Of a DNA stretch of 64,000 nt, positions 1-8,385 are shown piece after piece. This DNA comes from an uncultured Clostridia bacterium (lineage in GTDB: Bacteria; Bacillota; Clostridia; TANB77; CAG-508), in NCBI GenBank assembly GCA_947589645.1, contig CANQCG010000003.1:3891-67890 (forward strand). Reading direction: 5' to 3'. The translations under genes and the position numbers were made by a program. Under the pieces are notes generated by a model. That model had not been told where the DNA came from, did no database searches, and worked only from the letters and a program-made list of their open reading frames with translations. Numbering within the stretch: the stretch's first letter is position 1; every line of letters begins with the position of its first letter.

Positions 1-1451
1 ATGTTATTTTCTACCCAGTTGCATCCTGCAGTTGTTCCTGGAGTATCATTTGAGCCTCCAACTTGGTCATAGCCCATAAATACTATATAGTCTGCTGAAT
101 TTGCAATTACTGTTCTATCAAAACATAAAGACCAATTTGGTGAGCCATCTGGCGCAGTTACATCTACAGATAATACCTTGCCTATTCTTTGCATGTTTGG
201 CTGTAATTCTATAATAAATCTAGAGAATAAATCTTTGTCTCTTTCATACATATATTCAAAATCTATATTTATTCCGTCTAAATCATATTGCTCACAAGCA
301 TTTACGATATTATTTATCAATTCTTTTCTTAATTTATAACTATTCATTATTTGTGATGTTACTTTTAAAATATTTGATGATCCGCCAATGCTTGAAGCTT
401 CGGTATTTGATATCATAGCCCATACTTTATAGTTGTTTGTATGTGCCCACTTAATGTAATCTACACCTTCTTGTCCTACTTTATCTTGAAATTTTGCTTT
501 TCCATCTATATAGAAAAATGTTGGTGAAACTACATTTACTCCTTCTATTTCTTCTCCCTCTCTATCTGGAGCAGTTCTATATTCTGAGTAATAGTCCCAG
601 AACATATTTATTTTTCCTTCAACTTGCTTTTTTATAACTTCTTCCTCTCTAACTATTACTTCATTTTGTAATATATTTGTTTTTACAAATCCTATTTTTC
701 CATTTTGAGTTCTTACTTTTGTCCAACCATCATCTCTTTTTGTTACTATAATTACGCTATCTCCACTTTCTATTTTATCAACTGTTCTAGATAATATCCT
801 TGCATATCGTTTAACTGATATATCTTTAGAAACTTCTGCTTTTACTTGCTCTTTTTTTAAAGAATCCATTGTTACAATATCTGTCTCTTTAATATATTCT
901 AATTCTATATTATAAACATTTGTCATTTCTGATATAGGTAAATAGATTACATCATTTCTTTCTATCGCTACAGCTTTTACTCTTTTAGTCGTGTCATTTA
1001 TACTAATAGAGTTCCCTGTAAAGCCTACTTCTGCAATATTATCATCATAAGTTGTTATTATCATTTGTTCATCTTTTTCTTCGTAAATATATTTATCAAA
1101 GAAATTTTTAATGTCGCTCATAGACATAAATATTACATCATTTTCTATTATTAGATCTTTCTTTACTCTTGCAGTTACATTATTGTTGTTTATGATTAAA
1201 TTTGTTCTGTCTGTTATGTCATCATTTTTATAATATTTTGAAGTATCTAAAACGAATACTGCTATTAATAGCAATATTGCTACTATAATAATTCTTATAA
1301 CCCAGGTAAATGCTGAATTTTTTTTCTTCTTTGAGTCCTTTTTTTCCTCTTTTTCTAAACCTACTGTTGACCAAGAACTTTCTTTTTTCTCAGTTTGTTC
1401 TGTTTTTAATTCTTCTTGTAATTCTTGTTTTTCATTATCTTTTGCTTCCAT
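1..1451 (-). CDS. Glycoside hydrolase family 18 protein (YaaH/YdhD-like) with N-terminal membrane anchor and SH3b domain; the 3' end of the gene lies beyond the window start
   Basis: Absent from the ORF track because it is open to the window edge. Own translation from ATG 1451: MEAKDNEKQELQ.... TM segment WVIRIIIVAILLLIAVFVL; SH3b-like GDSVIIVTKRDDGWTKVRTQNGKIGFV; GH18 catalytic motif DGINIDFE; MGYDQ. SD GGGGA 5 nt upstream. Confidence 0.8.
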   Translation of the reverse strand, partial: MEAKDNEKQELQEELKTEQTEKKESSWSTVGLEKEEKKDSKKKKNSAFTWVIRIIIVAILLLIAVFVLDTSKYYKNDDITDRTNLIINNNNVTARVKKDLIIENDVIFMSMSDIKNFFDKYIYEEKDEQMIITTYDDNIAEVGFTGNSISINDTTKRVKAVAIERNDVIYLPISEMTNVYNIELEYIKETDIVTMDSLKKEQVKAEVSKDISVKRYARILSRTVDKIESGDSVIIVTKRDDGWTKVRTQNGKIGFVKTNILQNEVIVREEEVIKKQVEGKINMFWDYYSEYRTAPDREGEEIEGVNVVSPTFFYIDGKAKFQDKVGQEGVDYIKWAHTNNYKVWAMISNTEASSIGGSSNILKVTSQIMNSYKLRKELINNIVNACEQYDLDGINIDFEYMYERDKDLFSRFIIELQPNMQRIGKVLSVDVTAPDGSPNWSLCFDRTVIANSADYIVFMGYDQVGGSNDTPGTTAGCNWVENN

Positions 1452-1461
1452 ATTTTTCCCC

Positions 1462-1493
1462 TATGCTAGTTATAAACTAACATATCTCCTTTC
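1462..1493 (-). promoter_or_regulatory. SD+hairpin leader module, copy 1 (def/GH18 junction)
   Basis: Minus-strand RNA: GAAAGGAGA-UAUGUUAG-UUUAUAA-CUAGCAUA-GGGGAAAAAU-AUG(1451). 8-bp stem with one U.G pair. Confidence 0.6.
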
Positions 1494-1514
1494 AATTTTA
1501 GTTTAAATTTTGCT

Positions 1515-2003
1515 CTATTGCTTATTATTTTTATTAGGGTCTACATACTCTAAAGTTCCAGGCACTATCTTATCTATAAATACTTCCCCATTTAAATGAT
1601 CTATTTCGTGACTAATTGCTTGTGCTAGAAGTTCTTTTGCTTTTATTTTATGAGTTTTTCCTTCTCTATTTAGTGCTTCTATTGTTATTTCGGCTGGTCT
1701 TATTACCTTAGCAAACTTATTTGGAAAACTTAAGCAACCCTCTTCAACCTCTTGCTCTCCTTTTTGCTTTAATATTTTTGGGTTTATCAAAATATATGGC
1801 CCGCTTCCATCTTCTATATCTATTACAATTACTTGTTTTAACACACCAACTTGTACAGCTGCTAAGCCAACTCCATTTGCTTTATACATGGTATCTAGCA
1901 TGTCGTCAATCAATTCTTGTATTTTATCATTTATTTCTTCAACCGGCCTTGATTTTTTCTTTAGAATTTCGTCTCCTTCTTCTCTTATTTTTCTAATTGC
2001 CAT
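1515..2003 (-). CDS. def: Peptide deformylase
   Basis: 162 aa. Three PDF motifs: GVGLAAVQ, EGCLSFP, HEIDHLNG. Confidence 0.95.
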   Translation of the reverse strand: MAIRKIREEGDEILKKKSRPVEEINDKIQELIDDMLDTMYKANGVGLAAVQVGVLKQVIVIDIEDGSGPYILINPKILKQKGEQEVEEGCLSFPNKFAKVIRPAEITIEALNREGKTHKIKAKELLAQAISHEIDHLNGEVFIDKIVPGTLEYVDPNKNNKQ

Positions 2004-2012
2004 ACTTTTTCT

Positions 2013-2043
2013 ATGTTAGAAGATGTCTAACATGTCTCCTTTC
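2013..2043 (-). promoter_or_regulatory. SD+hairpin leader module, copy 2 (priA/def junction)
   Basis: AGAAAGGAG-AC-AUGUUAGA-CAUCU-UCUAACAU-AGAAAAAGU-AUG(2003). Perfect 8-bp stem. Confidence 0.6.
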
Positions 2044-2129
2044 TATATAAAATCTACTAAAATTTTATATTTTTAATGTTTTAAAATAAAATAATTACTT
2101 ATGTAAGCTACCTATGATAGATTTTAAAA

Positions 2130-4415
2130 TTATACCATATTGTTTGGGTTAACATCTGCCCATACTTTCGTATTTTTAATGCTTTTGCTATATACATTTG
2201 CTAAACATTCATTTATGTCTTCATAAGCCTTTGCTGTCATTTTTCCCTTTATTATCATTCTCCATCTAATTTTGTTTTGTATTTTATCAATTGGAGAAGG
2301 TACTGGTCTAAATATGCTAAATTTCTGCTTGTCCATTTTATTTTCAAGATATTTATATACATATTCGCTTGTCGAAATTAATTCTTTTTGATTTGTTCCT
2401 GTAAAACTAATTACAATTATATCGCAAAAAGGTGGATATTTCAACTGCTTTCTTAAGGCTATTTCAATATTATAGAAGTCTTCGTAATTCTGCTTTTGAG
2501 CTAAATCTATACTAAAATTGTCTGGATTATAAGTTTGAATTATTACTTTTCCTTTTATTCTTTCTCTTCCTGCTCTTCCTGCTACTTGTGTTAATATTTG
2601 AAACGTTCTTTCATTTGCTCTATAATCATCTATATTTAAACTGGTATCTGCTGCAATTACTCCTACTAATGTAACATTTGGAAAATGATGTCCTTTTACT
2701 ATCATTTGAGTTCCAATTAAAATGTCTATGTTGTCATTTTTAAATTTTTCTAATATTTCTTCATGTGAATTCTTTTTAGTTACAGTATCAACATCCATCC
2801 TAATTGTTGTTGCATTTGGAAAAATTTTATTAACTTCCTCTTCAATTTTTTGAGTACCAGTTCCAAAATATCTTATTTTATTACTATTACAATTTGGGCA
2901 AGTGGTTACCACTTTTTGTTCGAAACCACAATAGTGACATTTTAATTTATTTTCAAATCTGTGGTACGTCATACTTATATTGCAGTTTTTACATTTTACA
3001 GTATACCCACATTCTCTACACATTATAAAGGTTGAAAAACCTCTTCTGTTTAAAAATAGAATTGTCTGCTTTTTATCTTGTAAGTTTTTTTGCATAGCTT
3101 CATATAAAGAAGTACTTAATACTCCTCTATTACCTTGTGCTAATTCTTGCTTTAGGTCTACTATTTCTACTTCTGGCAAACTAGCATTGTTTGCCCTTTT
3201 GGTTAGAGTAAGTAATGTTATGTTTTTATTTATTGCATTATTCTTATTATTTGAGTCTGATGATATTGTTTTTTCTGTTTGCTTGCCGGCTGTTGCTTTA
3301 TAAAATGTTGATATATCTGGTGTTGCACTTCCTAAAACTACTGGAAAGTCTCCATGCTTTCCTAGTATGCTTGCTATTTCTTTTGCATTATATCTTGGGC
3401 TAGATTCTGATTTATATGAACTATCATGTTCTTCATCTATTATTATGATTCCTATATTTTCAGTTGGTGCAAATATTGCAGACCTTGCTCCTATTACAAT
3501 ATTTGCTTTTCCTTCTTTTATTTTATTCCATTCATCATATCTTTCGCCTATTGATAACTTGCTATGTAATACAGCTATTTTTTCTTTTCCGAACCTTGAT
3601 ATGAATCTATTTATTGTTTGTGGAGTTAGAGAAATCTCTGGCACTAGCATTATTGCAGTTTTCTCTTTTTCTAATACCTTTTCTATTAACTGTAAGTATA
3701 CTTCTGTTTTTCCAGAACCAGTTACTCCATAAAGTAAAAATTCTTCATATCGATTTTCTTGTATTGAAGCATTTATTTTATCAAAGGCTATTTTTTGTTC
3801 TTCTGTTAATTCTAATTTTTGCGTTTTTTCAACTTCTTTATTTTCTAAAGGATTGCGCTCTATTTTTTTCTCTACAAATTCTATATAACCGTTTTTTTCA
3901 AGTGTTTTTAAAATCGCATTAGAACAATCTGTAAACATTTCTACTTCTCCTACAGTTGCTCCTTCATTTTCTTTTAAAAATTCTAATGCTCTTTTTTGTT
4001 TTTCAGATTTTATTTTTCCAGAATGTATTTCAAATTCTATTTCTTCAATGTCTTTTGCTAAATATATTGAATTTATCGTCTTTTCTTTTACTTCATTTTT
4101 TCTTTTACTTCCTGGAGCTGACATTAACTTAATACATTCAGAAACATTACAGAAGTATTTTTTTGACATCCATTTTGCTAACCTAATTTGTTTTTCTGTA
4201 AGATTATGCTTTACTTTTGCTATGTCTTTTACTTCAAAATTGGTGCTTTGCTTTATTCCTACAACATATGCTTCTTCTAGTGTTTTAGCATTTCCAAATG
4301 GCACTAATACTGTACTTCCAATAATAACTATGTCTTCTATTTCTTTTGGAATGTTGTAGTCAAAAGTTCTATTTAGTTTTTTTGATGATCTATCTATTAT
4401 TACTTCTGCTATCAT
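2130..4415 (-). CDS. priA: Primosomal replication restart helicase PriA
   Basis: 761 aa. Walker A GVTGSGKT; DEEH box IIIDEEHD; Cys-rich Zn-binding insert CRECGYTVKCKNC...CHYCG...CPNC. Confidence 0.95.
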   Translation of the reverse strand: MIAEVIIDRSSKKLNRTFDYNIPKEIEDIVIIGSTVLVPFGNAKTLEEAYVVGIKQSTNFEVKDIAKVKHNLTEKQIRLAKWMSKKYFCNVSECIKLMSAPGSKRKNEVKEKTINSIYLAKDIEEIEFEIHSGKIKSEKQKRALEFLKENEGATVGEVEMFTDCSNAILKTLEKNGYIEFVEKKIERNPLENKEVEKTQKLELTEEQKIAFDKINASIQENRYEEFLLYGVTGSGKTEVYLQLIEKVLEKEKTAIMLVPEISLTPQTINRFISRFGKEKIAVLHSKLSIGERYDEWNKIKEGKANIVIGARSAIFAPTENIGIIIIDEEHDSSYKSESSPRYNAKEIASILGKHGDFPVVLGSATPDISTFYKATAGKQTEKTISSDSNNKNNAINKNITLLTLTKRANNASLPEVEIVDLKQELAQGNRGVLSTSLYEAMQKNLQDKKQTILFLNRRGFSTFIMCRECGYTVKCKNCNISMTYHRFENKLKCHYCGFEQKVVTTCPNCNSNKIRYFGTGTQKIEEEVNKIFPNATTIRMDVDTVTKKNSHEEILEKFKNDNIDILIGTQMIVKGHHFPNVTLVGVIAADTSLNIDDYRANERTFQILTQVAGRAGRERIKGKVIIQTYNPDNFSIDLAQKQNYEDFYNIEIALRKQLKYPPFCDIIVISFTGTNQKELISTSEYVYKYLENKMDKQKFSIFRPVPSPIDKIQNKIRWRMIIKGKMTAKAYEDINECLANVYSKSIKNTKVWADVNPNNMV

Positions 4416-4438
4416 TTGGTTTCCTTTCTTGCATTTCT

Positions 4439-4467
4439 AAAAAGAAGCTTATAAAAAAATAAGCCTC
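4439..4467 (-). terminator. Intrinsic terminator after the CMP-kinase-like gene
   Basis: GAGGCUUAU-UUUUUU-AUAAGCUUC followed by UUUUU. Confidence 0.55.
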
Positions 4468-4475
4468 CTATTTTA

Positions 4476-5039
4476 TTATTCAGTTTCTAACCATTTGAAG
4501 TATTCTCTTTTTATTATTTCGGCGACTTCTTGTGGTGTAAGTTTTGTCGTATCTATTACTAAATCATAGTTTGACATATCTTCTTTATGAACATGATATA
4601 ATTTCCAATATCTTTCATTTTCTAAGTTAAATCTTGTGATTAAGTCTTGTTTTTGTTCTTCAATACTTGAGAACTCTTCAGTTCCCTTTCTTTTTTCATC
4701 TTCAAAAGCTCTTTTTGCAGCCTCATCAATATCAACTCTTAAATATACCTTAAAAGATTCTGGTACCGCATACCATCCAAGCCTAGCATCTATTATAAAG
4801 TTGTCATGCTCTTTGGCATATTCAGTTGCGCTTTTTTCTATTTTCATATCAATTTCAGGGTGTTCCCCTAGATATGCATTAAAACTTGTTATATTAAGTC
4901 CCATATCTCTTGCTAATTTTCTAGCATATTCACCATTTCTATAAATTCCATAGTTTAAATCTTTTATTAATATATCCGAAACGGTTCCTTTTCCTGCTGC
5001 TAAATCTCCTGATAATGATATTATATTTTTTTTAGTCAT
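4476..5039 (-). CDS. Cytidylate-kinase-like (Cytidylate_kin2 / archaeal-type CMP kinase family) P-loop kinase
   Basis: P-loop GDLAAGKG. Overall resemblance to the CMP-kinase-2 family is by eye only. Start moved from 5054 to ATG 5039 (GGGGAA 7 nt upstream); ATGACTAA overlaps the rpoZ stop, suggesting translational coupling. Confidence 0.6.
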   Translation of the reverse strand: MTKKNIISLSGDLAAGKGTVSDILIKDLNYGIYRNGEYARKLARDMGLNITSFNAYLGEHPEIDMKIEKSATEYAKEHDNFIIDARLGWYAVPESFKVYLRVDIDEAAKRAFEDEKRKGTEEFSSIEEQKQDLITRFNLENERYWKLYHVHKEDMSNYDLVIDTTKLTPQEVAEIIKREYFKWLETE

Positions 5040-5295
5040 TTTTGTTTTCCCCATTCATTTCTTCGTTTGCTTCTTCAGTTGTATTTGTGCTTTCTTCTTC
5101 ACCTTCTCTTATTATTCTTACTTTTCCTTCTGCTATTTCATTAGCTGCTAATGTTACTGGTGATACTTCGTTAACATCTGTTAGTTTTGGGTCTCCATTT
5201 GCTATTTGTCTTGCTCTTTTTGACGTTGCTATTACTAGTTCATATCTATTTTGGGCTTTTGTTAATAATTCAATTACACTTGGTTTTACCATCAT
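5032..5295 (-). CDS. rpoZ: DNA-directed RNA polymerase subunit omega
   Basis: 87 aa. Omega core NRYELVIATSKRARQI; SD AAGGAG upstream. Confidence 0.85.
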   Translation of the reverse strand: MMVKPSVIELLTKAQNRYELVIATSKRARQIANGDPKLTDVNEVSPVTLAANEIAEGKVRIIREGEEESTNTTEEANEEMNGENKND

Positions 5296-5312
5296 AATAA
5301 ATCATCTCCTTC

Positions 5313-5567
5313 TTATTCTAATTCATCTGCTATATTTTTATCTATTCTTCCTGCTACTGTTTCTGGTTGCACCGCTGATAATATTATATTGCCAGAATCC
5401 ATTATTAAAACTGCTCTTGTTCTTCTTCCACATGTAGCATCTACTGCTGTTTTATTGTCTTTTGCTTCTTGCACCATTCTTTTTATTGGTGCAGATTCAG
5501 GACTTACTATTGCAATTATTCTGTCTGCTGAAACTATGTTTCCAAATCCTATATTTACTAATTGCAT
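5313..5567 (-). CDS. remA: RemA/YlzA (DUF370) regulatory protein
   Basis: 84 aa. [24 protein letters not shown]...GRRTRAVL is typical of the RemA family. Confidence 0.85.
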   Translation of the reverse strand: MQLVNIGFGNIVSADRIIAIVSPESAPIKRMVQEAKDNKTAVDATCGRRTRAVLIMDSGNIILSAVQPETVAGRIDKNIADELE

Positions 5568-5611
5568 AAAATTTCCTCCATTTCAATATTTTTACGCTTT
5601 TTAATATTTTA

Positions 5612-6145
5612 CTACTTTTTTCTCTTTTTAGCAACCTTTTTTATAGGTTTTTCTTCTTTTACTATTTCTGAAATATCTGAAAGCTGTTTTAATTTTCTTC
5701 TTGTTTCTTTTGTTTGGATTATTACTGCTTTTAATACATAATATACTGGCCATATAATTGAAGTTATTAGAATATATGAATTATTGTTTACCTTAAATAA
5801 GGTTATTGTTCTTTCTAATAATAATGTGTGTATGGCTAAGCACAAAACCTCTATTCCTGATATTAAAATTTTTTTATTTTGTTTTTTATAAGATATTTCA
5901 AACATTACAACTGATATTAGTATTAATACCATATATGATATTTTTACATATATATCAAATGCTTTAGTTATATTTAAACCTACAAAATATGCTTCTATTA
6001 TTATGGCATATATTAAACATATTAATAAGTCTATTTTGTATTTTTTTCTTATTTTTTGCTCTTCCTCCGGAACTATTTGTTTCTTTTCTTTTTCTGAATT
6101 TTTTAAATGTCTAGGAGATTTATTTCTCATTTGTTTTTCCTCCAT
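5612..6145 (-). CDS. Membrane protein of unknown function
   Basis: 177 aa. Lys-rich termini flank about four hydrophobic segments. No family recognised. Abuts the rsmE stop. Confidence 0.5.
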   Translation of the reverse strand: MEEKQMRNKSPRHLKNSEKEKKQIVPEEEQKIRKKYKIDLLICLIYAIIIEAYFVGLNITKAFDIYVKISYMVLILISVVMFEISYKKQNKKILISGIEVLCLAIHTLLLERTITLFKVNNNSYILITSIIWPVYYVLKAVIIQTKETRRKLKQLSDISEIVKEEKPIKKVAKKRKK

Positions 6146-6901
6146 CTACTCAAGTTCGTACATTATTATACTTAACACATTTAATGCTACTGTTTCTGTT
6201 CTTAAAATTCTGCTACCTAATGTTACTATCTTTATTCCTTTTTCTTTGGCTTTTTGTACTTCCTCCCCAGCAATTCCGCCTTCTGGCCCTATTATTACTG
6301 CTACTTTTATTTTTTCTTTTTGCTCTCTTAACCTTTTTAGGTTTTCTATCTCATTTCTTAATTTATTTTCTTGTTCATTTTCATAAGCTAATATTAATGC
6401 ATCATACTCATTTGCTTTATTTAATATATCATTAAAATTACATACATTATTGATTTTAGGGATTATGTCCCTTCCAGATTGCTTTGCTGCAACCTCTGAA
6501 ATTTTTTGCCATCTTTCAACCTTTTTTTGTGCATCTTTGTCACTTAACTTTACTATACATCTTGACATATTTGTTGGAGTAATCTCTGAGACTCCTAATT
6601 CTACTGACTTTTGTATTATAAGTTCCATTTTGTCTGCTTTTGGTAGTCCCTGATAAATGTGAACATAGGTATTTGTTTCAGTAGGTGTGTTTTTTAATTT
6701 TTCAATTATTTTACATACTATTTTGTCTTTTTCTATTTTTTGTATCTCACATAAAAAATTTAAACTATTTTGCGCGTCACATATTTCAATAGTGTCTTTT
6801 AATTTTTTTCTTAAGACATTTTTTATATGATTTACATCTTCTCCTACTATTATTATTTCTTCATTATTTATGTTTTTTGAATCTGCAAAAAATTTTGGCA
6901 T
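6146..6901 (-). CDS. rsmE: 16S rRNA (uracil1498-N3)-methyltransferase
   Basis: 251 aa. C-terminal SPOUT knot motif IGPEGG...LGSRILRTETVAL. Canonical promoter upstream. Confidence 0.85.
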   Translation of the reverse strand: MPKFFADSKNINNEEIIIVGEDVNHIKNVLRKKLKDTIEICDAQNSLNFLCEIQKIEKDKIVCKIIEKLKNTPTETNTYVHIYQGLPKADKMELIIQKSVELGVSEITPTNMSRCIVKLSDKDAQKKVERWQKISEVAAKQSGRDIIPKINNVCNFNDILNKANEYDALILAYENEQENKLRNEIENLKRLREQKEKIKVAVIIGPEGGIAGEEVQKAKEKGIKIVTLGSRILRTETVALNVLSIIMYELE

Positions 6902-6930
6902 ATCTTATTCCTTTCTTTTATGATATGTTT

Positions 6931-6959
6931 ATTTTACTATATATATTGTTTTTTTTCAA
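6931..6959 (-). promoter_or_regulatory. Sigma-A type promoter upstream of rsmE
   Basis: TTGAAA - 17 nt - TAAAAT on the minus strand. Confidence 0.5.
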
Positions 6960-7038
6960 GGAAATGATTTTAAAGTTAACTTGTTTGTTTTTATAAAAAT
7001 ATTTTTTAGTAAGTTATTGATTTTCCAATTAAATAATT

Positions 7039-8142
7039 TTAGCTTAAATATTTTCTTGTTATTCTTTTTCCAATCGTACTTAGTATTTCATAATTTATTG
7101 TATCACATAAATTTGCTATTTCTTCAAGAGTTATGTTTTCGTTGTCCCAAATTATAACTTCATCTCCGACTTTTACATTTGGTATATCGGTTACATCTAC
7201 CATAAAATCATCCATACATACTGTACCTACTATTGGAGCATATTTTCCATTTATATAAACTCTTCCTTTGTTTGATAAACATCTTCTTATTCCATCTGCA
7301 TATCCTACTGGAATTGTTGCTATTACAGATTGTCTTTCTGTTACATATTTTCTTCCATAGCTTATTGATGTTCCTTTCTCTGCGGTTTTAATAAATGCTA
7401 CTTTTGATTTTAATTTGGCCGTTGGTTTTACTCCTATTTTATTTTGTGCATTCTCACATGGCATGTATCCATAGGTTATTATTCCTGGTCTAACCAAATT
7501 TGCTTTGGCTTTATCCAAATAATTTAATATTCCACTACTAGCTGATAAATGAATATATTTGAATTTTATTCCTTGCTTTTCTAACTTTTCGACTGTTTCA
7601 TTAAAAATTTCAATTTGTTTTTTTGTAAATTTCTCATCACAGTCTGCTGATGCAAAATGCGTAAATATTCCTTCTAAATTTAAATTTTCTAATTCTTTTA
7701 TTTGCTTAACATATTCTTCGGTTTCGTTTGGCTTTAGCCCCGTTCTTCCCATCCCTGTATCAATTTCAATATGTATATCTACAATTTTATTTGCACTTTT
7801 TGCTAGGTCATTTAATTTTTCTGCTATTGCATAAACAGATATTCTCGGAGTTAAATTATATTTAATTATATCTTCTAAATCTGAATATAATGGCTCATTT
7901 AAAACTAAAATTTTTTGATTGAAACCTTTGTTTCTTAAAATAATTGCTTCATCTGTTAAAGCAATAGCAATTATTTTAATATTATTTTCCTCTAGTATTT
8001 CTTTAAAATGCTCTGCACCTTCTCCATACGCATCTGCTTTTATAACTGGTGCTATCTCTACGTTTTCTCCAACGAATTTTTTTATCTTTTGTAAGTTTTT
8101 TGAAACTTCTTTTAAATTGATTTCAAGGCATGAATCTCTCAT
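7039..8142 (-). CDS. alr: Alanine racemase
   Basis: PLP-Lys motif PVIKADAYGEG; C-terminal VSYGR..., PVGYADG. Start moved to ATG 8142 (AAGGAGGG 5 nt upstream) rather than the track start 8181. Confidence 0.9.
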   Translation of the reverse strand: MRDSCLEINLKEVSKNLQKIKKFVGENVEIAPVIKADAYGEGAEHFKEILEENNIKIIAIALTDEAIILRNKGFNQKILVLNEPLYSDLEDIIKYNLTPRISVYAIAEKLNDLAKSANKIVDIHIEIDTGMGRTGLKPNETEEYVKQIKELENLNLEGIFTHFASADCDEKFTKKQIEIFNETVEKLEKQGIKFKYIHLSASSGILNYLDKAKANLVRPGIITYGYMPCENAQNKIGVKPTAKLKSKVAFIKTAEKGTSISYGRKYVTERQSVIATIPVGYADGIRRCLSNKGRVYINGKYAPIVGTVCMDDFMVDVTDIPNVKVGDEVIIWDNENITLEEIANLCDTINYEILSTIGKRITRKYLS

Positions 8143-8172
8143 TTTGCCCTCCTTAATATTGATGTTTATAAT

Positions 8173-8201
8173 ATTATACATTTATATTTTTATTTTGTAT
8201 A
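8173..8201 (-). promoter_or_regulatory. Candidate promoter upstream of alr
   Basis: TATACA - 17 nt - TATAAT, with TG immediately upstream of the -10. Confidence 0.4.
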
Positions 8202-8217
8202 CTTTCATTTTTAGGAT

Positions 8218-8314
8218 TTTTATATATCTTTTTCAAAATGAGGGCTTTTCTACAAGCTAGCATTATAATTTTACATAAAAATAAAATGCTAGCTTGTAGA
8301 AAAGGGGTGTTTTT
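8218..8314 (+). repeat. 97-bp dispersed palindromic repeat, copy A
   Basis: Matches the reverse complement of 41152-41248 with 3 mismatches (hand alignment). Perfect 20-bp arms 8245-8264 / 8285-8304 (CTTTTCTACAAGCTAGCATT / AATGCTAGCTTGTAGAAAAG); 20-nt AT loop. Confidence 0.85.
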
Positions 8315-8385
8315 AGAAAAGAATAATATTTTTCTTGTCATTTTAAATTAAATATAGTTCTTGCAATCGGTAAAAATGTTTTTTT

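Noticed and set aside
1462-1493. Reading the AUG inside each SD-hairpin module as the start of a leader peptide (MLVYN*, MLDIF*, MLVYTNMK*, MLVSKN*)
   Set aside because: The SD-to-AUG spacing is only 1-3 nt, and the AUG is buried in the stem. The peptides differ in length and sequence beyond what the palindrome imposes, and one copy has GUG. The stop codons are a by-product of the UUAG/CUAA arms. Termination-reinitiation cannot be fully excluded.
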